A stretch of DNA of 62,321 nt, filler included, from Candidatus Coatesbacteria bacterium (GTDB lineage Bacteria; JAFGND01), in NCBI GenBank assembly GCA_016927185.1. It is 4 parts of 4 records of this genome, joined end to end, with 100 filler letters (N's around TTAATTAATTAA, not from the genome) between each part and the next. Parts side by side here need not be neighbours in the genome. Positions count along the whole stretch, not along the records: positions 56,021 to 62,321 come from JAFGND010000042.1; 3 more parts are not named here. One strand, given 5' to 3'. Positions 56,553 to 62,321 of this stretch are shown piece after piece (the first letter of the stretch is position 1; each line of letters begins with the position of its first letter). The notes under the pieces were generated by a model. That model saw only the letters and a program-made list of their open reading frames with translations. It was not told the origin of the DNA and did not search any database. The translations under genes were made by a program, and so were the position numbers.

Positions 56553-58287
56553 GGATCTTATAGAAGATATAAAGGAAAGAACCAGTATTGTAGAGGTCAT
56601 TGCTAATTATGTAAGATTAACTGCAAGCGGGAAGAATTACAAAGCCCTTTGTCCCTTTCATACTGAGAAAACACCTTCCTTTGTTGTTTCTGAGGAAAAG
56701 GGTTTATGGCATTGCTTTGGATGCAATAAGGGGGGTAATGTCTTTGATTTCCTTATGGAAATTGAACATATAAACTTCCCGGAAGCAGTGAATGTCCTTG
56801 CAAACCGACTTGGAATCAAAATCACGAGAACTGATAAGTTTGAAGATAATAACTGGATTTATGAGATTAATAATGAAGCTTCTGATTATTTCAGGAGACA
56901 GCTTCTCGAAAATCATAAGGTTCTGGATTATCTGATAAAAACAAGGAAACTTGAACCAAAATGGATTGATACTTTTCAGCTAGGTTTCGCTTCATCAGGA
57001 TGGAGAAATCTTCTGGATTTATTGCAGCGAAAAAAGATATCCATGGATAACATACTGAAATCTGGTTTAGTCTCCATAAAGGATAATCAGGTTTTTGATA
57101 GGTTTCGCCAGCAGATCATTTTTCCAATTACAAACAGAGACGGACAGGTTATTGCATTTGCTGGAAGAAGATACGAGACTGAGGAAGGTGCAAAATACTT
57201 TAATTCTTCAGATTCAAAGTGGTTTCAGAAAGGTAATATTCTATATGGATGGTACCAGGCAAAAAAAACCATTAGTGAAAAAAGAAGTTTGTTTATTACA
57301 GAAGGTTATTTTGATGTAATAAAAATGCACCAAACAAGTTTCAGAAACACTGTAGCTCCAATGGGAACAGGGCTTACCAGGAATCAGGTCAGGATAACTT
57401 CAGGGTACTCGGATGAAACAATACTCCTTTTTGATGGTGACAGTGCTGGTTTGAAAGCTACATTAAGAGCCATAAACTTGTTCCTTGAAAATGGAATCTC
57501 ACCGAAAGTTGTTCCGATGCCTGAAAATGAGGATCCTGATTCTCTTGCAGACAGGGATCTTGATGAACTTAAAGGGTGTATTAGCAACAGGATAAACTGG
57601 CTGCATTTTCTCATGAAATTATCTGAAAACGCTTACTCCAAAGCAGATCCTGACAAAAAAACGAAAATAATAAACAGGTTCAGGAAAGTGATTAGTTTAC
57701 TGCCAGATCCCATCGCCCAAGAAATATACTGGAATGAAATCAAGGAAAACTACGGCATAAACAGGGACTGGATTCAGGAAAAAAGCATTGTTACAAAAGC
57801 ATCTTATAGAGAGGAAGATAAGAAGGAATCTCTTGAAATGATTTATGAGGAATTCCTGTTAATGTTTTGTAAAAATCCTGATTGGCAAATGATTGTAAAT
57901 ACCATTCCTTCAGACAGAATTCTTTCACCATTATACAGGAGACTATATGATTTCCTGATTTTACAGCATTTCGGGGAAGGAGGTATTTCATTCAATGAAC
58001 TTAATCCTGAAGAGAAAAGCACGATTACGAAGATAATCGTCAAAGAGAGGGATTTGCAGGATACAATATCCATATGGTCTATAAGCGTAAAAATCGTGTA
58101 TCTTTTTTTGATGAATGAAATTGAGACATTGAGAAAAGAGAAAATGACTAGTGAACTTGCATCAAGAATGAGAATACTTCAGAAGGCTTTGCAGATAATA
58201 AGACCCATGAGATTCAAGGTAGATATTGATAAAGTAGAAGAATTGAAGTCAACGATTGATAAAATAAACCTCTTGATAAACAACTAG
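56542..58287 (+). CDS. dnaG: DNA primase
   Basis: CPFHTEKTPSF...CFGC zinc finger; DRFR..IIFPI; AFAGR; KYFNS; TEGYFDV; FDGDSAG; DPD. Confidence 0.95.
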   Translation: MFNRDLIEDIKERTSIVEVIANYVRLTASGKNYKALCPFHTEKTPSFVVSEEKGLWHCFGCNKGGNVFDFLMEIEHINFPEAVNVLANRLGIKITRTDKFEDNNWIYEINNEASDYFRRQLLENHKVLDYLIKTRKLEPKWIDTFQLGFASSGWRNLLDLLQRKKISMDNILKSGLVSIKDNQVFDRFRQQIIFPITNRDGQVIAFAGRRYETEEGAKYFNSSDSKWFQKGNILYGWYQAKKTISEKRSLFITEGYFDVIKMHQTSFRNTVAPMGTGLTRNQVRITSGYSDETILLFDGDSAGLKATLRAINLFLENGISPKVVPMPENEDPDSLADRDLDELKGCISNRINWLHFLMKLSENAYSKADPDKKTKIINRFRKVISLLPDPIAQEIYWNEIKENYGINRDWIQEKSIVTKASYREEDKKESLEMIYEEFLLMFCKNPDWQMIVNTIPSDRILSPLYRRLYDFLILQHFGEGGISFNELNPEEKSTITKIIVKERDLQDTISIWSISVKIVYLFLMNEIETLRKEKMTSELASRMRILQKALQIIRPMRFKVDIDKVEELKSTIDKINLLINN

Positions 58288-59414
58288 GGGATTTTCAATA
58301 TATCAGATATTGCATTAGCTGCTCTTTGAATAGCACCTTTTTCTCCGACGGCAATATTAATTCTTTCCAGCTTCTTCTTGAAATCATTTAGCTCCTTTTC
58401 AGAAGACAAGATGAAAGATATTTTTCCAGCTACTTCTTCAGTATTCCATGTCTGTATATACTCAGGTATAATTTTCTCATTTACAAGGAGATTACTCATT
58501 GCAATATAAGGCACTTTTATCATTGTTTTTATCAGATAATAGTTAAGAGTATTCATTTTATAAAAAACAAAATTAGGGGTCTTGAAAAGAGAAGTTTCAA
58601 GGCTAGCTGTTCCAGATGCTACTAGAACGAAACTGCTGTATTTCATAACTGAATATGTCTTGTTCTTGACAAATGTTATGAAATCAGGTAGTTCAGGAAG
58701 CTCTTTTTCGGAAACACCCTCAGCTAATGCAATTATGCAATGTATTTTCTTGATTCTTTCCCTGACCATAGTTGCGATTTCAATGAATGGGTTAAGAAGT
58801 CTGGAAAATTCCTGTTTCCTGCTTCCTGGAAGCAAGCCTATTATCTTGCTTGATTTATCTATATTAAGGGAACTCCTTAACTCTTCTTCAGTTACATCAG
58901 CAACCAGATTATCTTTTGCTGGATAACCTATATACTTTATCTTATTGAATTCCATGCTTTTATAAAAATCAACTTCAAACTGGAAAAACAGTAATATCAA
59001 GTCAATATGCGGGAAAAGTTTTCTTGCTCTTTCCTTTTTCCAGGCCCAGAATTGTGGAGAAACATAATATATTAATTTACAATTACTTGCATATTTCTTG
59101 ATTTTTTTTGCTAAACTAACATTGAAGCCAGGATAATCAACTAGAATTACAAGATCAGGCTTCCAGTCTCCAAGAAAATTCAATATTCTTTTCTTCAAGG
59201 CAAAGAAAAATGGCAGTTTTACTGCAACTTCAACAAAACCCATGACTTCAAGACTTTCAAGGCTTTCAATCAAATCAGCTCCCTGAGTCTGCATCTGTCT
59301 TCCACCAATTCCTTTAATCTCAAGATTACTGAAGTTTTTTTTAAGACCTTTTATTAGTTCAGCAGCATGCTTATCCCCAGAGCTTTCCCCAGCACTAATG
59401 AAAATCCGGGTCAT
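58284..59414 (-). CDS. lpxB: Lipid-A-disaccharide synthase
   Basis: AGESSGD, VDYPGFN, YYVSPQFWAW, LLPGSR, SGTASLE. Confidence 0.93.
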   Translation of the reverse strand: MTRIFISAGESSGDKHAAELIKGLKKNFSNLEIKGIGGRQMQTQGADLIESLESLEVMGFVEVAVKLPFFFALKKRILNFLGDWKPDLVILVDYPGFNVSLAKKIKKYASNCKLIYYVSPQFWAWKKERARKLFPHIDLILLFFQFEVDFYKSMEFNKIKYIGYPAKDNLVADVTEEELRSSLNIDKSSKIIGLLPGSRKQEFSRLLNPFIEIATMVRERIKKIHCIIALAEGVSEKELPELPDFITFVKNKTYSVMKYSSFVLVASGTASLETSLFKTPNFVFYKMNTLNYYLIKTMIKVPYIAMSNLLVNEKIIPEYIQTWNTEEVAGKISFILSSEKELNDFKKKLERINIAVGEKGAIQRAANAISDILKIP

Positions 59415-61069
59415 GATGTTTTTTTGGAATTATTTGTTATAAACCCTCTTGCCTGGAATGCAACTGGGCTTTTGGGAAATCTCAGAATTATTTCTTCAGC
59501 CAGCTTGAGAGATTGTGATATGTTAATACCCGCTTCTTGCTGAAGTATTGACCATAGAATTTGAGGTGTCCATTCAGCATCATTGAGGGTAGATTTTTTT
59601 TCAATGATAAGATCAATCCATTCCCTATTCATACTTGATCGTGATAGTTCTTTATCCATTATCATCAATGCAGGACCTAATGATAAAGAAGACATCCTGT
59701 TTTCTTCTATGATATTTCTGCTCAGTGCAAGCAATTTCCTGTGTTCAAGCCTGTAAGTAAGCTGGAGGATTTCTGTAAGTATTTCTTTTGAACCCTGCAT
59801 GTCATTTTCCAGTGTGTAAATCCTGAGAAGCGATTTGTTAGCCTGATCCGTTTGTGGAAATGAATTCATTACTTGTTTCCAGCAAACAAGTGCGTTTTCA
59901 TAATCCTTTTTTATGCAATTGATTTCCCCTTTCAGCATGAATTTCCATTCTTTAGGAAGAAATTCAACATACTTTACTGCATTGTCATAATCATTTATTG
60001 CAATCCTTGAAGCAATATAATAGAAGCCAAGAGGTTTCGGAACTGGATAGGGTGAAATAACATTATCTGGGATGTATCCCTGAAATGCTCCAGGAGACGG
60101 TATTTTATTAAATTTCTTCTCATAATACAGACTTTCTGCAAGATATGAATAAGTATATCCAAGAGCAGTATGAACTCTATATTCCTTGTTTATCCAGTCT
60201 AGCGATGCTTGAGACAGACTTGTTAAAGCGTTATATTTCTTTTGATTAGAAAGGATTTTCATTTTCAATAATATTAACTCCCATTTCTCGTATTTCTCCT
60301 GCTTTCTTTCAAGTCCTTTGTCTATTATTTCAATTGCCTCATTCTCATTACCTGCTTCTGCCATCTGTCTTGCCAGATAAGATGCTGTCAAGCCGCCTTC
60401 TACTGTAGTTAGCTTGATTGCAGAGGAATAATCCCTGTCCATTACATATATCTTGAGTAGCAATCTCAGAAGATAGTATTTCCTGTTGGGTTCATCCTTT
60501 ATCTTTCTTTCTATCACTGGCTTAACTGCTTGCCTGACTTCCTTTTTCTGAGACAAGTCCAGGATAATTTTTTCTATCTCATCTTTGGCGATTGGATTGC
60601 TTGAAAGGAAAACAGCATATTCTATTGCACTTTTTACGTATTCTCCTGTTAAATAATATAATCTTGCAATTTCTGAGGAAAAGACTTCGTTTCTTTTGGA
60701 TACTTTCCTGAAAGCAAGATAGATCTCTATAGCTTCCTTATTTGCGCTGTTGCTTGATAGATATTTAGCTACTGTTTTTGCATTGTTATATTCATTAACT
60801 GGATAATGTCTTGCTAAATAGGAAATTGCAGGTTTTATACCCTCTGTATCCCATATCATATCAGCATAATAGATGTGCCAGCCTTGATTGTTCTCTTTAT
60901 GCTTGTCAAGGAAGTCCATTATTAATTTTTCTTTGTGATTTTTTTTCCCAGAATCCCTGATTTTCAACCATAAAGTATTATCATCAGGATTTTTCAGGAG
61001 ATCCTTGAACAAATCCTGAAGGTTGTCTTCAGATGAAAACAAGATTATCAGAAAAACAAGAAAATACAA
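59411..61069 (-). CDS. TPR-like alpha-helical repeat protein
   Basis: Helical repeats; KQVMNSFPQT..A and EIILRFPKSP.A TPR-type motifs. Confidence 0.6.
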   Translation of the reverse strand: MYFLVFLIILFSSEDNLQDLFKDLLKNPDDNTLWLKIRDSGKKNHKEKLIMDFLDKHKENNQGWHIYYADMIWDTEGIKPAISYLARHYPVNEYNNAKTVAKYLSSNSANKEAIEIYLAFRKVSKRNEVFSSEIARLYYLTGEYVKSAIEYAVFLSSNPIAKDEIEKIILDLSQKKEVRQAVKPVIERKIKDEPNRKYYLLRLLLKIYVMDRDYSSAIKLTTVEGGLTASYLARQMAEAGNENEAIEIIDKGLERKQEKYEKWELILLKMKILSNQKKYNALTSLSQASLDWINKEYRVHTALGYTYSYLAESLYYEKKFNKIPSPGAFQGYIPDNVISPYPVPKPLGFYYIASRIAINDYDNAVKYVEFLPKEWKFMLKGEINCIKKDYENALVCWKQVMNSFPQTDQANKSLLRIYTLENDMQGSKEILTEILQLTYRLEHRKLLALSRNIIEENRMSSLSLGPALMIMDKELSRSSMNREWIDLIIEKKSTLNDAEWTPQILWSILQQEAGINISQSLKLAEEIILRFPKSPVAFQARGFITNNSKKTS

Positions 61070-61072
61070 TAT

Positions 61073-61459
61073 TTATCTTAATCCTTTTTGATCTATATAG
61101 TTATTCAATGCCTCAATAACTTCCTCGAATTTGAATGGTTTTGATATCAAGCTATCTACTCCAGCTTCTTTTATCTGCATCATATCTATTTGAATGCTCC
61201 AGCCAGTCAGCAGGAACACCCCAGTTGATGGAGAATGCTGCTTGATCCATCTGGCAACCTCAAGTCCTGATAAGTTAGGCATTGAAAGGTCTGAGATTAC
61301 GACATCATACTTTTTCGTTTTTAAAAGATCTATTCCTGAGTTACCATCATATGCAAAATCAACCTGATAACCATATTCCACAAGCATATCCTTGAAAACC
61401 ATGCAAATATCTTCCTCGTCATCAAGGATAAGTATTTTTACAATTCTGTTTTTTGTCAT
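61073..61459 (-). CDS. Single-domain response regulator
   Basis: ILILDDE, SDLSMPNLSG, LLTG, KPF. Confidence 0.92.
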   Translation of the reverse strand: MTKNRIVKILILDDEEDICMVFKDMLVEYGYQVDFAYDGNSGIDLLKTKKYDVVISDLSMPNLSGLEVARWIKQHSPSTGVFLLTGWSIQIDMMQIKEAGVDSLISKPFKFEEVIEALNNYIDQKGLR

Positions 61460-61494
61460 AAAGCCATTTTGTCATAAAAACAAAAAAATGTCAA

Positions 61495-62277
61495 TTATTT
61501 ACTTTTTTTCTCAAGTTTTTCTGACATCTTGAGGGCTTCCTGTGCCTTATCGAATTTCTTCAACATTGCATAATTAATAGTAAGATATTTCCAGATAATG
61601 GGATTATTTCCCTGCATCTTTGCTGCTTTTTCAAAATATGAAAGTGATTTATTGAAATGTTTTTTCTTGAAGAAAGCTAATCCCATGCTGAATATGAAAT
61701 CATTTGAGTTGCCAATCTTATTAATTTGTTCAAAATCAGATTCTGCTTTTTTCATATTGTCAGCATAAAGATATGCAAGTCCCCTGAAAAAGAGATAACG
61801 CTGTTTTATGTATGGATCATATTCATGTTGACTGGAGGTTTTTTCTGGTATCTTTATATAAAGCCATGGAAGGAAAATATTCAACTCCGATTGACTATGA
61901 GGTGCAGCAACAAGGAGTAAACCCATTGGCTGTAATGCTATTAACGGTTCATCTTTGTTGTTTTTTCTCAAGTATGTATCAAGATTGAAATGAACATAAT
62001 AATAAGCTGCAGGAAGATATTCCTGATTATGCCTTATCTTGAATAATCCAATAGATTCCCTGAAATCTATATCCGGTCTGAAATCCTTTACATCAGATAT
62101 ATACGGAAGAACAAACAGACCTTTTGATCCTTCTCTTGTCAATATTATCTGCCCCTTATAAACTGAGCTTCTCAAATAATCCTTTCCAAAATCAAAGGGA
62201 TATTTATAATTAGATAAATTATTGCTATACATAGATATAGAAGATATAATTAAAGTATATGATAATATTATTAACAT
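61495..62277 (-). CDS. Secreted TPR-containing hypothetical protein
   Basis: Hydrophobic N-terminus; C-terminal TPRs (FFRGLAY...AESDF; SMGLAFF...YFEKA). Confidence 0.6.
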   Translation of the reverse strand: MLIILSYTLIISSISMYSNNLSNYKYPFDFGKDYLRSSVYKGQIILTREGSKGLFVLPYISDVKDFRPDIDFRESIGLFKIRHNQEYLPAAYYYVHFNLDTYLRKNNKDEPLIALQPMGLLLVAAPHSQSELNIFLPWLYIKIPEKTSSQHEYDPYIKQRYLFFRGLAYLYADNMKKAESDFEQINKIGNSNDFIFSMGLAFFKKKHFNKSLSYFEKAAKMQGNNPIIWKYLTINYAMLKKFDKAQEALKMSEKLEKKSK

Positions 62278-62321
62278 AATTGATTTATTTATAATGACTT
62301 TAGAGGATAATTTTATAGAAA

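Overview
AT-rich bacterial DNA from a draft or MAG pseudo-scaffold. Four contigs (1-30420, 30521-49014, 49115-55920, 56021-62321) are joined by artificial 100-nt N-TTAATTAATTAA-N spacers, so adjacency across gaps is not evidence of synteny. The host looks like a diderm (lpxB, TonB system) and probably an anaerobic peptide/amino-acid user (AOR-family oxidoreductase, FTCD, lysine 6-aminotransferase, TldD/PmbA, DUF362, DUF1858). PorV/UPF0164 and T9SS-like C-terminal domains suggest an FCB-affiliated lineage, which is an inference. Housekeeping genes: gmk, dnaB, dnaG, rsmA, lpxB, a PilB/GspE ATPase and a TetR-YbhG/F/S/R-type ABC exporter. The best candidate for an under-described system is a 7-gene minus-strand operon (11234-19745): TonB-dependent receptor, ExbB, two ExbD, TonB, a ~710-aa secreted protein with a T9SS-like CTD, and a PorV-like barrel. 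It may be a SusD-free uptake or surface-display module. Also notable: a compact ~62-aa CTD cassette shared by unrelated secreted beta-propellers (PQQ-like and WD40), two families of palindromic REP-like elements, a cNMP/HD-GYP protein with HD changed to YD next to PilB, a lipoprotein MEMO-AMMECR1 fusion, a secreted paralog pair with a conserved basic tail, and an unlisted Cys-rich small ORF. No rRNA, tRNA, CRISPR array, transposase or integrase was recognised. All family names come from reading motifs by eye, not from database searches.
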